Shown piece after piece: positions 19,208-28,082 of a stretch of DNA of 64,000 bases. Source of the DNA: an uncultured Verrucomicrobiota bacterium. GTDB lineage: Bacteria; Verrucomicrobiota; Verrucomicrobiia; Limisphaerales; UBA8199. Within the stretch, counting starts at the first letter, position 1. Every line of letters starts with the position of its first letter. The position numbers and the translations under genes were made by a program. The stretch lies in NCBI GenBank assembly GCA_903873945.1, contig CAIQQM010000227.1, positions 781 through 64,780 of the forward strand, given 5' to 3'. Below the pieces are notes generated by a model. That model worked only from the letters and a program-made list of their open reading frames with translations. It ran no database searches and was not told the DNA's origin.

Positions 19208-20098
19208 AGCAGCGTTTGGCCGGAATTGAAACGGGCGGCAGGAGATACCCAGTTTGCGTTGCGCATCGAATGATGGGGTGGGATTCTGATACATGAGACT
19301 AAGGAGGCTGTCGCTGCGGAAGCTTAGCGGCAGGTGACAGAGTTCGCCGAACTTGAGACCGGCCCAGAACAATCTCCAGGGTAGCGGAAGGAAGGAGATT
19401 CGCTTGCCGCAGGCTCGGGCGATTTCCTCGAGAATCTGGCGGAAGGTCCAAGGCTGTTCGTGAGCAACAGTAATGGCAGAGTTGAGGGGAACAAAAACCC
19501 CGGCGGCGCACCAGGCGATAATGTTTGAGAGGTCCTCATCATGGACCAAGTACTGGAGCTGAGAACCACCGTTGAAGAGGGGCAAGACGCGGGAATGCTG
19601 CACCTGGCGAACCAGGCGGTCGAACATGCCCGCCGACGGTTCGCCGAAGATCAAACCGGGGCGAAGCACAACAGCCCCACAGGCATGAGCAACGGCCTCG
19701 GATTCCAGCTTCGCCTTTCCATAAAGCGACCGGCACCCTTCAAATGCGCTGATGGTAGAAACATAGACCAGGTTTTTTATGTTTGCCTGCCGCGCCGATC
19801 GGAAGAGTTTTTCCGAACCTTGCACATTGACGGCGCGAATACGCGCCCAGGACACTTCTTTGAAATCATAGGCGCAATGTACCAAAGCGGTTGCCCCGGC
19901 AAGACTGGCGCCGACGACCTCATCGCCAAGGCGAAAACGGACCCCTCCGGAACCTGCCGGCGGGTTCCGGGAGAGAGAGACCACGCGCCAACCGGACCGT
20001 TCGAGAGCGGCTTTAACCCGGCTGCCAAGATAGCCTGTGGCGCCGGTTACAATACAGATTCGGTCTGTCGCTGGTGAAATCATGAATGAGGCGGGCAA
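19193..20098 (-). CDS. NAD(P)-dependent SDR (epimerase/dehydratase/reductase family)
   Basis: ICIVTGATGYLGSRV Rossmann motif and a YGKAKLESE catalytic motif. Its 3' end overlaps the convergent GT2 gene by 15 nt. Confidence 0.75.
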   Translation of the reverse strand: MPASFMISPATDRICIVTGATGYLGSRVKAALERSGWRVVSLSRNPPAGSGGVRFRLGDEVVGASLAGATALVHCAYDFKEVSWARIRAVNVQGSEKLFRSARQANIKNLVYVSTISAFEGCRSLYGKAKLESEAVAHACGAVVLRPGLIFGEPSAGMFDRLVRQVQHSRVLPLFNGGSQLQYLVHDEDLSNIIAWCAAGVFVPLNSAITVAHEQPWTFRQILEEIARACGKRISFLPLPWRLFWAGLKFGELCHLPLSFRSDSLLSLMYQNPTPSFDAQRKLGISCRPFQFRPNAASVVL

Positions 20099-20122
20099 CC
20101 TGTGTTAATGCGTAACATCGGA

Positions 20123-21778
20123 TCAAGCCATATTCGCAGTCAGCCAGCCAATGCGATGGGCATTGGCCATAACCGAGAATGTGATCGTTGTGGCGGGGAT
20201 AGCAGGCAGGACGCTGGCATCGACGGCGTGGATCCGCTGCCAGCCGAAGGGTCTGCCAAGTGTGTCGCTCTCGAGCGCATTGGGCTGGGAGCGCATCGGG
20301 AAGGTTCCTCCGCTGTGGAACCCGCGGCCGGCTTCGGCAACTTGCAACATCGGGGACAAGGCGACTCCGCCTAAATGTCGAGCGTGACGCAGTAATTTTC
20401 GCATAACCCGGCGCAACATTGACTTTGTTTCGGTATTGGGTTCTGCCGTTAGTTCGAGACGATCGGCCTGGCCCGCCCCACCTTTCCTCAAAGCCATGGC
20501 TATGCGAGGGGAATGCTCGGAATGGAGGTAGCCCTGGACGATCAGAAGCCGGGTTTCCAAGGCCCGTGCAAGGAACTCAAACGGCCCGGCCAATGGTCCC
20601 AAAGCGCCGGCAACAGCCTGTCCGATCAGGTCGTTGTAGGAGTAAAGCTGCAAGTGAACGGTATGAGGGCTGACGCCGGGGTCCATGATTTCGATAAAAA
20701 GCTGGCTCAACGTGTGAAGGGACTCACGGCGAACGTCTCCCGAGCCGGCGAGCATCGCCAGCGGAAGCAGGAAGTATTGACTGTCCTTCATCCAGACCGT
20801 CCTGTCGTACAGGGACAAGGATCGCAGGAGAATTTGAGACGTGGATATAGAACCCGCTGCGATGTAGGCCCGACTGGCTTCCATGACGATTGGGGCACGT
20901 GTTACGCGATCATAGCCTTCGACAATTACGTTGGCCGAGGATTCGCGCACGTTGGTGACGATGACATCGGATTGGTAAGAAAAACCCGGAAGGGTTTGGA
21001 GTTGACGGAGCGTGCTTTCGGAATTGTAGATGTAACCATAGGGACAGCCGTACATGCACAAGCCGCAGTAGCAGCATCCAGCAGGCTGCGCAGGTCGGGC
21101 GACCTGAACGGCAACGCGGGCCCGGCCGAAGTGAATGCCGGCGCCGGCCAGGCGCGATTGGTTTCGTTCGAGCTTTTTCAACAGCACCGTGGACTGCCGG
21201 CCCAAGTCCAGGGCCGACACGCAGTCATGGTAGTAGAGCGGGAACAGGGGTTCCAGATTATCGTGCGTTGCGGAAAGGCCAGTGAGCTTTAGCACAGCCG
21301 CATAATGCGCGGCCAAGTCCGAAACCTGAATAGGCCAGCCCGCCATGTCCCGGTCGATGTAGGGCATCATGGCGGCCCCCCATACATTGGTGAATCCCCC
21401 CCTGGCAAGGGAAGCGCGGAGGGCAACCCCATGGAAGTTGGCGGGCACATGCTGGTCGCACTCGCGGTAAGGAAAATCCGAGCCATAAACCATTTTGAGG
21501 GGAATTCCCTTAGTGTTCGCGCTCGTTCCTTCTTTCAACCGAGCTACCAGTGCCGGTTGCCAGGCATCCGGTGTTGTGCGGCGCATTTGGGCAACCAACT
21601 CACTACGTGATGGCTCGAGCCAAACGCCGGCGTCAAGGAGTTTTACTTTGGCGCCGCGCGCGAGCAATGCGGAGGCACAAGCCACACCCGCAGGCCCCGA
21701 ACCGATGACGCAATGGAGGGCTTCGCCGGAGGCGGTTGCAGCGAGGGTTGAAGTTTGAGATTGGATTTGGCCAATCAT
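20123..21778 (-). CDS. GMC-family FAD-dependent oxidoreductase with internal Cys cluster
   Basis: N-terminal VIGSGPAGVACA FAD-binding motif. C-terminal GMC_oxred_C-like IHAVDASVLPAIPATTITFSVMANAHRIG. Internal CCYCGLCMYGCPYGYIY cysteine-rich segment. Confidence 0.75.
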   Translation of the reverse strand: MIGQIQSQTSTLAATASGEALHCVIGSGPAGVACASALLARGAKVKLLDAGVWLEPSRSELVAQMRRTTPDAWQPALVARLKEGTSANTKGIPLKMVYGSDFPYRECDQHVPANFHGVALRASLARGGFTNVWGAAMMPYIDRDMAGWPIQVSDLAAHYAAVLKLTGLSATHDNLEPLFPLYYHDCVSALDLGRQSTVLLKKLERNQSRLAGAGIHFGRARVAVQVARPAQPAGCCYCGLCMYGCPYGYIYNSESTLRQLQTLPGFSYQSDVIVTNVRESSANVIVEGYDRVTRAPIVMEASRAYIAAGSISTSQILLRSLSLYDRTVWMKDSQYFLLPLAMLAGSGDVRRESLHTLSQLFIEIMDPGVSPHTVHLQLYSYNDLIGQAVAGALGPLAGPFEFLARALETRLLIVQGYLHSEHSPRIAMALRKGGAGQADRLELTAEPNTETKSMLRRVMRKLLRHARHLGGVALSPMLQVAEAGRGFHSGGTFPMRSQPNALESDTLGRPFGWQRIHAVDASVLPAIPATTITFSVMANAHRIGWLTANMA

Positions 21779-21832
21779 CAGATGAGTTCGGAATCTTATT
21801 TTTAGTTCAAGATCCTGTTTTCCAGTTCAGAA

Positions 21833-23179
21833 CTATAATATCTTATCATATTTGGCCGGCCCACCGCCCATCCGGGCCATCATTTTCTGCAATTTGCCCA
21901 TCTTTTTCATCATCTGCTGCATCTGGGCAAACTTGTTGAGCATCGTGTTCAGTTCGGTCACCGTTACTCCGCTGCCTTTAGCAATCCGCTGGCGCCGGCG
22001 GGCGTTTAGCAAGTGCGGGTTGCGTCGTTCTTGCGATGTCATTCCACAAATCATCGCTTCCATATGCCGAAATTCTTTTTCCTGTTTGCCCAGGTCAGCG
22101 CCCTTGAGAGCTTCCGCACCGCCGGGCAGCATGCCGACGATTGACTCCAGCGGGCCGAGTTTTTTCATCTGCCGCAGTTGCTCCAGGAAATCATCGAGCG
22201 TGAACTGACCTTTGCGCATTCTTTCTTCCAAGCGGGCAGCATCGTTCAGGTCCACCGCTTCAGCCGCCTTTTCCACGAGGCTAACCACATCGCCCATGCC
22301 GAGAATCCGTGAGGCCATGCGTTCCGGGTGGAAAGGTTCGAAATCTTCCAATTTCTCACCCATGCCGGCGAATTTAATAGGTTTGCCGGTCACAGCCCTC
22401 AGACTTAACGCGGCGCCGCCGCGGGCATCACCATCCAGCTTTGTGAGGATCGAACCGGTAATATTCAGCGCCCGATCAAAATGCGCCGCCACATTCACGG
22501 CTTCCTGCCCTGTGGCCGCATCGAGCACGAGCAAGGTTTCCTGTGGTTTGACCAAGTCGCGCAACCGGACCAGTTCCTGCACAAGGGGTTCGTCGATTTG
22601 CAGACGGCCGGCCGTGTCGAAAATCAGCGTGTTGCGATTATTCGCCTGGGCAAAGTCCAAAGCTTCACGCGCGATTTTCAGGACGTCCCCTTCACCTTTG
22701 TGGACGAAAACCGGCAATTGCAGCTGCTGGCCGAGTTTTTCCAGTTGCTCCATGGCGGCGGGACGATAGACGTCTGCGGCGACCAGCAACGGGGTGCGTC
22801 CCTGTTTGGTTAGAAGGCGGCCCAATTTGCCGCTCGAGGTTGTCTTGCCGGAACCATGCAAGCCGACCATCAGGATACAGCTTGGATTCCCGCTCAATTG
22901 CAGGCCTGCATTGGCCGAGCCAAGCAGGTTCACGAGTTCATCGTGGATGATTTTGATGACCTGTTGGCCTGGTTGAATGCTCTGAATCACCTCCCGGCCC
23001 AGAGACTTGATTTTTACCTGGTCTATGAAATCGCGTGCGACCTTGAAATTCACGTCCGCTTCGAGCAACGCAAGCCGAACTTCGCGCAAGGAATCTCCAA
23101 TATTGGCCTCGGAAATCATGCCAAGACCGCGCAAGTTTTTGAATGCGCTCTGGAGTTTGCCGCTTAACGAATCGAACAT
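21833..23179 (-). CDS. ffh: Signal recognition particle protein Ffh
   Basis: 448 aa. N domain, G domain (GLHGSGKTTSSGKL, DTAGR, TKLDGD) and a Met-rich M domain at the C-terminus. Confidence 0.95.
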   Translation of the reverse strand: MFDSLSGKLQSAFKNLRGLGMISEANIGDSLREVRLALLEADVNFKVARDFIDQVKIKSLGREVIQSIQPGQQVIKIIHDELVNLLGSANAGLQLSGNPSCILMVGLHGSGKTTSSGKLGRLLTKQGRTPLLVAADVYRPAAMEQLEKLGQQLQLPVFVHKGEGDVLKIAREALDFAQANNRNTLIFDTAGRLQIDEPLVQELVRLRDLVKPQETLLVLDAATGQEAVNVAAHFDRALNITGSILTKLDGDARGGAALSLRAVTGKPIKFAGMGEKLEDFEPFHPERMASRILGMGDVVSLVEKAAEAVDLNDAARLEERMRKGQFTLDDFLEQLRQMKKLGPLESIVGMLPGGAEALKGADLGKQEKEFRHMEAMICGMTSQERRNPHLLNARRRQRIAKGSGVTVTELNTMLNKFAQMQQMMKKMGKLQKMMARMGGGPAKYDKIL

Positions 23180-23263
23180 CGGCCCACACTATGGCACGGA
23201 GAGTGGATTGACAAGAGTGAGGCGGTTTGGTTAATTCCCACCTCGCGCTTAGCGGGTCGGGTT

Positions 23264-23349
23264 GGTAGGTTACCCAAGTGGCCAACGGGGGCAGACTGTA
23301 AATCTGCTGGCTTACGCCTTCGATGGTTCGAATCCATCACCTACCACCA
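23264..23349 (+). tRNA. tRNA-Tyr (anticodon GTA), CCA encoded
   Basis: 7-bp acceptor stem GGTAGGT/ACCTACC. Anticodon loop CTGTAAA. Long variable arm and T-loop GGTTCGAATCC. Collinear with E. coli tRNA-Tyr architecture. Confidence 0.9.
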
Positions 23350-23596
23350 TCTATCGTTTCGACCAATGATAGCAGCTGTTTTTAGACTTTTTATTTCCGG
23401 CGCGAGGCGAGTCATAACGCGGCCACGGCGGATACACTGCTTCAGGCTATGTAGATGCTAAACCTTGTTTTGGGCCCTCAATTCATTTATTCGGGCCAAA
23501 AACCAGCCCGCTGACTGTCCAGGACGATTCTTCCGAAGGTTACCACCTGTGTTCTGGACCTGCACTAGGCACATGGCCAAAGCAAAGCGGTCAAAC

Positions 23597-23626
23597 TTGT
23601 CAACGCACCATCCTCTCGGCTACAAA
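23597..23626 (+). promoter_or_regulatory. Putative sigma70-type promoter (TTGTCA-18 nt-TACAAA) upstream of the TMTC-like gene
   Basis: The same -35/-10-like arrangement with the same 18-nt spacing is conserved upstream of the paralog at 53382 (53439..53468, minus strand). Confidence 0.3.
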
Positions 23627-23683
23627 ATAGGCATGCCGAAATCTCCCCCCCGAAGGCTGAGCAGTAAGTGGGGAAAGTTCGAT

Positions 23684-25921
23684 ATGCAAGGCCTAGCGAC
23701 GAAATCCAACCCCGCACCGACGATGCCATCTACCGCTGGCAGGACTGGGTCGCGTTTTCCGGTATGGCTGGCTGCGGCATTGCTGTTGCTGGTGACGATT
23801 GCCCTTTACTGGCCAGCAACGCGATGTGATTTCGCCAACTACGATGACGATCTCTATGTAACCTCAAATGTTCACGTCCAAAACGGACTGACCTTGGAAA
23901 GCATAAAATGGGCTTTCTTGAACCCCGTGGCCGCCAATTGGCATCCCTTAACGGTGTTGTCCCACATGGTGGACTGTGAGCTTTTCGGGTTGAAGCCATG
24001 GGGACATCATTTAACCAACGTGCTGCTTCACGCACTCAATGCCTTGCTGGTCTTCGTGTTGCTCCAACAGTTGACCGGCGCGATGTGGCGGAGTCTATTC
24101 ATGGCTGCTCTCTTCGCCGTTCACCCGCTGCGCGTCGAGTCGGTCGCCTGGGTCGCTGAACGAAAGGATGTGTTGAGCGGCTGCTTTGGTCTTCTCGCGC
24201 TTATTTTTTACGCCCGCTATGCACAGAAAGTGGCGAGTAGCGAAGAGCGCAAGCCATCCTCCTGCGCCCGCCCGCTAACTTCCGTCCACTACTGGCTGGT
24301 GTTAATCTTTTTCACCTGCGGTTTGATGAGCAAGCCGATGCTGGTGACGTGGCCGTTCGTGATGTTGCTGCTCGATTACTGGCCCCTCCAGAGGGTGACG
24401 AGTGGCGGGTGGCGAGTGTCGAGGCAAGGCAATTGGAAATGGTTGCTCTGGGAAAAGCTGCCATTCTTTGCCCTCGCGACGGCAGCGAGCGTGGTGACCT
24501 TCGTGGTGCAGAAGCGCGGAGGCGCGTTAGCGGCGGTTGAAAACCTAGCCCTGCGTGCGCGTAGCGGGAACGCCCTGATTTCGTGCTGCCGCTATTTGGG
24601 GAAGATATTCTGCCCAACGGATCTGGCTGTTTTCTATCCACACCCCGGGCATTGGCCGATGGAGCAGGTGCTGCTGGCGGGTGGGTTGCTCTTAGGCATT
24701 TCGGTGTTTCTTATGGTGAAGCGGGGGCAATATCCCTTTTTGCTGGTGGGCTGGCTGTGGTATTGCGGGACGCTGGTACCCGTGATCGGGTTGGTGCAAG
24801 TAGGCTTCCACGCGATGGCGGATCGGTATACTTATATTCCGTCCGTTGGCTTGCTCATCCTGGCAATCTGGGGCGCGTACGAACTAGCCAGGCGCTGGCG
24901 CTATCATGTAATTGCGCTGTCGGTGGCGGGTTCCGCGGCGCTCGTTTGCTGCATGGCGCTGACGTGCCGGCAGATTGGTTATTGGAAGGACAGTGAAACC
25001 CTTTTCCGGCATGCGCTCGAAGTCACGGAGAACAATTACGTCGCGTACAACAATCTGGGCATCGCCCTTGACAAGCAAGGCAAAACTGACGAGGCGATCA
25101 GCCAATACCAGAAAGCCATCCACCTAAAACCGGATGTTGCTGGCCCCCATAATAACCTCGGCAACGCCTTCGTCGACAAAGGCCAACTCGACGGGGCTAT
25201 CAGCCAGTACCAGGAAGCCATCCGACGGAAACCGGATTACGCTGAAGCCCACTATAACCTCGGTGCCGCCTTCGACAAGAAAGGCCAAAACGACGAGGCG
25301 ATCAGTCAATTTCAGGAAGCCACTCGTCTCAAACGGAATTACGCCGAGGCTCACTACAGCCTTGGCACCACCGTTCTCAACAAAGGCCAAACCGATGAGG
25401 CGATCAGCCAATTTCAGGAAGCCATCCGCCTCAAGCCAGATTATGCCAACGCCCACAACAACCTTGGCAACGCCCTCCTCAGCAAGGGCCAAACGGACGA
25501 AGCTATCCACCAACTCCAGGAAGCCATCCGGCTGAAACCCGATTACGCCGAGGCCCACAACAATCTCGGCATTGCCTTTGGCATGAAAGGCCAACTTGAC
25601 GAGGCGATTAGCCAATACCAGGAAGCCATCCGACTGAAACCCGATTACGCCGAGGTCCACAACAATCTCGGTGTTGCCTTTGGCCTGAAAGGCCAACTCG
25701 ACGAGGCGATCAGCCAATTCCGAGAAGCCATCCGACTGAAACCCGATGGCGCCGAGGCCTGCAACAATCTCGGCTACGCCTTTGTCAGCAAAGGCCAACT
25801 CGACGAGGCGATCAGCCAATTCCAGGAAGCCATCCGGCTGAAACCCGATTACGCCGACGCCCGCAACAACCTGCGGAGCGCCCTCCTCAAGAAAGGCCAA
25901 ACCGACGAGGCTATAAGGTAA
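23684..25921 (+). CDS. TMTC-like protein: PMT_2/DUF1736-type GT-C membrane domain fused to 9 TPR repeats (paralog 1)
   Basis: The ATG at 23684 aligns with the start of paralog 3 (shared TKSNPAPTM). Conserved YDDDLYVTSN, NWHPLTVLSHM, PWGHHLTNVLLHA and VESVAWVAERKD motifs. At least 9 TM helices and C-terminal TPRs. Confidence 0.8.
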   Translation: MQGLATKSNPAPTMPSTAGRTGSRFPVWLAAALLLLVTIALYWPATRCDFANYDDDLYVTSNVHVQNGLTLESIKWAFLNPVAANWHPLTVLSHMVDCELFGLKPWGHHLTNVLLHALNALLVFVLLQQLTGAMWRSLFMAALFAVHPLRVESVAWVAERKDVLSGCFGLLALIFYARYAQKVASSEERKPSSCARPLTSVHYWLVLIFFTCGLMSKPMLVTWPFVMLLLDYWPLQRVTSGGWRVSRQGNWKWLLWEKLPFFALATAASVVTFVVQKRGGALAAVENLALRARSGNALISCCRYLGKIFCPTDLAVFYPHPGHWPMEQVLLAGGLLLGISVFLMVKRGQYPFLLVGWLWYCGTLVPVIGLVQVGFHAMADRYTYIPSVGLLILAIWGAYELARRWRYHVIALSVAGSAALVCCMALTCRQIGYWKDSETLFRHALEVTENNYVAYNNLGIALDKQGKTDEAISQYQKAIHLKPDVAGPHNNLGNAFVDKGQLDGAISQYQEAIRRKPDYAEAHYNLGAAFDKKGQNDEAISQFQEATRLKRNYAEAHYSLGTTVLNKGQTDEAISQFQEAIRLKPDYANAHNNLGNALLSKGQTDEAIHQLQEAIRLKPDYAEAHNNLGIAFGMKGQLDEAISQYQEAIRLKPDYAEVHNNLGVAFGLKGQLDEAISQFREAIRLKPDGAEACNNLGYAFVSKGQLDEAISQFQEAIRLKPDYADARNNLRSALLKKGQTDEAIR
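24399..24424. repeat. Degenerate heptanucleotide array (CGAGTGG family, ~3.7 units) inside paralog 1
   Basis: cgagtgg cgggtgg cgagtgt cgagg. Encodes TSGGWRVSRQG in the second variable loop. Confidence 0.7.
25031..25918 (+). repeat. Tandem 102-nt (34-codon TPR) repeat array, ~8.7 units, inside the paralog 1 CDS
   Basis: Nine consecutive units of the form AEAHNNLG.A...KGQ.DEAISQ(F/Y)QEAIRLKPDY. Several adjacent units are near-identical at nucleotide level (e.g. gacgaggcgatcagccaattccaggaagccatccg). Confidence 0.85.
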
Positions 25922-26176
25922 TAAGGAATTCTGGCTGACGGACGCGGGGTGTCGGCGCGGTGAGTCCGTGTAGCGACTGGCGGCGGCGCGAACTCCCGAT
26001 CACTCCACGCTGTTTGACTTTCTGACAAGCGCGCCGCAAAATACTGCCGATGATGATTTCCGAACTTTTTGGCCGGGCGATTCTTCAGATCGGGGTCGGG
26101 CACCCCCCACCCTGAGACCGGCGCCAGTTGACAGGCTTGGCAGCCTGCGCTGCCGGAGAACTGTTGATTCTGAAAC

Positions 26177-26923
26177 ATGCCCCATCGCACGTTCGATATT
26201 GACGAGGTTGCCCGCTATCTGCATTTAAGCCGCGCGGATGTTGAGAGGTTGGTTAAGAACCGGGATATTCCGTCGGAACGGCATGGGGAACGACTCGTTT
26301 TCCGCAAAATCGAAATCGATACATGGGCTTCACAGCGGATCCTGCGCCTCGAAGGCCAGCGCCTCGCTGAGTACCACCAAAAAACCTCGCGAGGGACGCG
26401 TCGGGGCATCTCATCGGGAATCATTGTGAAGGAAATGGTAAAACCCGATTTCATTGACGCAGCGCTGGCGGCCAAAACCAAGGCGTCAGTTTTGCGCGAG
26501 ATGACCGCCTTGGCCGAAAAGACGGGGCACGTCTGCGATCCCAAATTCCTGCTGGCGGGTTTGGTGGCGCGGGAAGAATTGTGTCCCACCGCTGTTCCCG
26601 GCGGATTGGCGTTGCTGCACACGCGTGTTCCAGAATCCTACCTGTTTGAAGCCTCCTTCATTGCGCTTGGTCGAACGGTTCAGCAAATTCCCTTTGGCGC
26701 GCCCGATGGTCAGCCGACAAATCTCTTCTTTCTGATCGCCTGTCCGGACGACCGGATCCATTTGCATGCCCTGGCCCGCCTTTGTCTCATGGCTCAAAAA
26801 ACCGACATGCTCTCGGAACTAAGGCAAGCTCCGGACGCCGAATCGATGTTCCAATGCCTCATCGCTTCGGAGGAAATGGTCCTGGAAGACCAGCGGCCTG
26901 TAGGGGAGTTGTCCGAAGATTAA
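26177..26923 (+). CDS. HTH (excisionase/MerR-like) domain fused to a PTS EIIA(Ntr)/PtsN-like domain
   Basis: N-terminus: FDIDEVARYLHLSRADVERLVKNRDIP. C-terminal EIIA_2-like region with the phospho-His context GGLALLHTR and FFLIACPDD. Confidence 0.75.
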   Translation: MPHRTFDIDEVARYLHLSRADVERLVKNRDIPSERHGERLVFRKIEIDTWASQRILRLEGQRLAEYHQKTSRGTRRGISSGIIVKEMVKPDFIDAALAAKTKASVLREMTALAEKTGHVCDPKFLLAGLVAREELCPTAVPGGLALLHTRVPESYLFEASFIALGRTVQQIPFGAPDGQPTNLFFLIACPDDRIHLHALARLCLMAQKTDMLSELRQAPDAESMFQCLIASEEMVLEDQRPVGELSED

Positions 26924-27001
26924 CTTCGAAAGCGGCGGATCGAGGGAGATCAAACCCAACCTCGCGCTTCAACACGCCAAGCAATAAGATTTCCGACCGC
27001 G

Positions 27002-27505
27002 CTAATCTTTTTCTTCGGCGCGCTTCGCCGCCTGTTTGTCGATTTGGTACAGGCCATTGTGGTTATCGCCCACCAGTTCGAGTTTTGCCAGGAGTTCACT
27101 GACATTTTTTTCCTCCTCAACCTGCTCATCCAAAAACCACTTGAGGAATGACAGGGTCGGGAAGTCCTTCTCAGCCGTTGCCAGTTCGTAGATGCCGCAG
27201 ATCGCCGCGGAAACTTTTTGTTCGTGGACGAGACTTGCCCGGTACGCTTCCAGCGGCGATTTATAGTCACATTTGGGTTCGGGAATTGCCCGGAGCGTCA
27301 CCTTGCCGCCACGTTCCGAGATATACTTGAAAAACTTGTTCGCATGACCGAGCTCTTCGTTGCTCTGGAGATCCATCCACTTGGCGAAACCGGTGAAAGG
27401 CGTGCAAGCGAAATACGCCGCCATCCCAAGATACGCATAAGCGGAGGAAAACTCGAGGTTGATTTGATCGTTCAGGGCCTTTTCCAGCTTTGTGGGAAGT
27501 TTCAT
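27002..27505 (-). CDS. ftnA: Ferritin (non-heme bacterial ferritin)
   Basis: LNDQINLEFSSAYAYLGMAAYF...EELGHANKFFKYISERGG four-helix-bundle ferroxidase motifs. ATG at 27505; the ORF extends to a GTG at 27514. Confidence 0.9.
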   Translation of the reverse strand: MKLPTKLEKALNDQINLEFSSAYAYLGMAAYFACTPFTGFAKWMDLQSNEELGHANKFFKYISERGGKVTLRAIPEPKCDYKSPLEAYRASLVHEQKVSAAICGIYELATAEKDFPTLSFLKWFLDEQVEEEKNVSELLAKLELVGDNHNGLYQIDKQAAKRAEEKD

Positions 27506-27683
27506 AATACACACAACGTAGAGTGTGTGGTGGTGGTTGGCAAGCGGCTGCCGCTTTCAAATATGCGAATAGAACCCCAGTGTAACCGGTAATCAGTCGA
27601 GGAATTTGTAGTTGGTTTCAATCGGTCTTAATGGCCGAAGAAACAGGCTCCCCCTCCGCGACAGAATCCAATACTCTGCACCC

Positions 27684-27974
27684 ATGTTTTTGGTTACCAA
27701 TGCGCAGGTGCGGGATCTCAAAGCTCGGGCCCAGCGGCTCAAGGCAATGCTAAAAGTTGGCAAAGAGGGCCTTAGTCCGCAATTCCTCACTGCTCTTGAC
27801 GGAGCGCTAAAGCATCACGAACTTGTCAAAGTGAAGTTCGACGAGTTCAAAGAGCAGAAGAAGGAACTCGCTCTGCAGCTCGCTGAAAGGAGCGGCAGTC
27901 ATCTGGTCACCCGGGTCGGGAACGTCGTCGTGCTCTACCGGCCGAAGCCTGTCGAGAAAAAGCACCCGCAATAG
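27684..27974 (+). CDS. yhbY: Ribosome assembly RNA-binding protein YhbY (CRM domain)
   Basis: The internal ATG at 27684 gives a ~96-aa protein with LKVGKEGLSPQFLTALDGALKHHELVKVKF and a GSHLVTRVGNVVVLYR signature. Confidence 0.8.
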   Translation: MFLVTNAQVRDLKARAQRLKAMLKVGKEGLSPQFLTALDGALKHHELVKVKFDEFKEQKKELALQLAERSGSHLVTRVGNVVVLYRPKPVEKKHPQ

Positions 27975-28082
27975 GGTCCGCCACTCAAATCCCGATTTGC
28001 CCCGGTCGGGGAATCTGTGCCAAAACCGCTGGGCACAACCTCCGTACAAACGGAGGGGCGGCTTGAGTAAGTGTTTGAAAAA

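Noticed and set aside
21779-21832. A possible ffh terminator hairpin (AGTTC...GAACT) in the 54-nt ffh-GMC spacer.
   Set aside because: The stem is 5 bp with a >20-nt loop and no convincing U-tract. The genes may simply be co-transcribed.
25031-25918. A regular ~100-nt periodic repeat that could superficially suggest a CRISPR-like or satellite array.
   Set aside because: The period is exactly 102 nt (34 codons), it lies in frame inside a long ORF, and it translates to canonical TPR units. There is no repeat-spacer structure.
26128-26153. TTGACA followed by TGGCAG-N-CTGC, resembling a sigma-54 -24/-12 promoter upstream of the EIIA(Ntr)-fusion gene.
   Set aside because: The GG-to-GC spacing is one nucleotide off the strict sigma-54 spacing and the -12 element is CTGC rather than TTGC. 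No suitable -10 follows the TTGACA.
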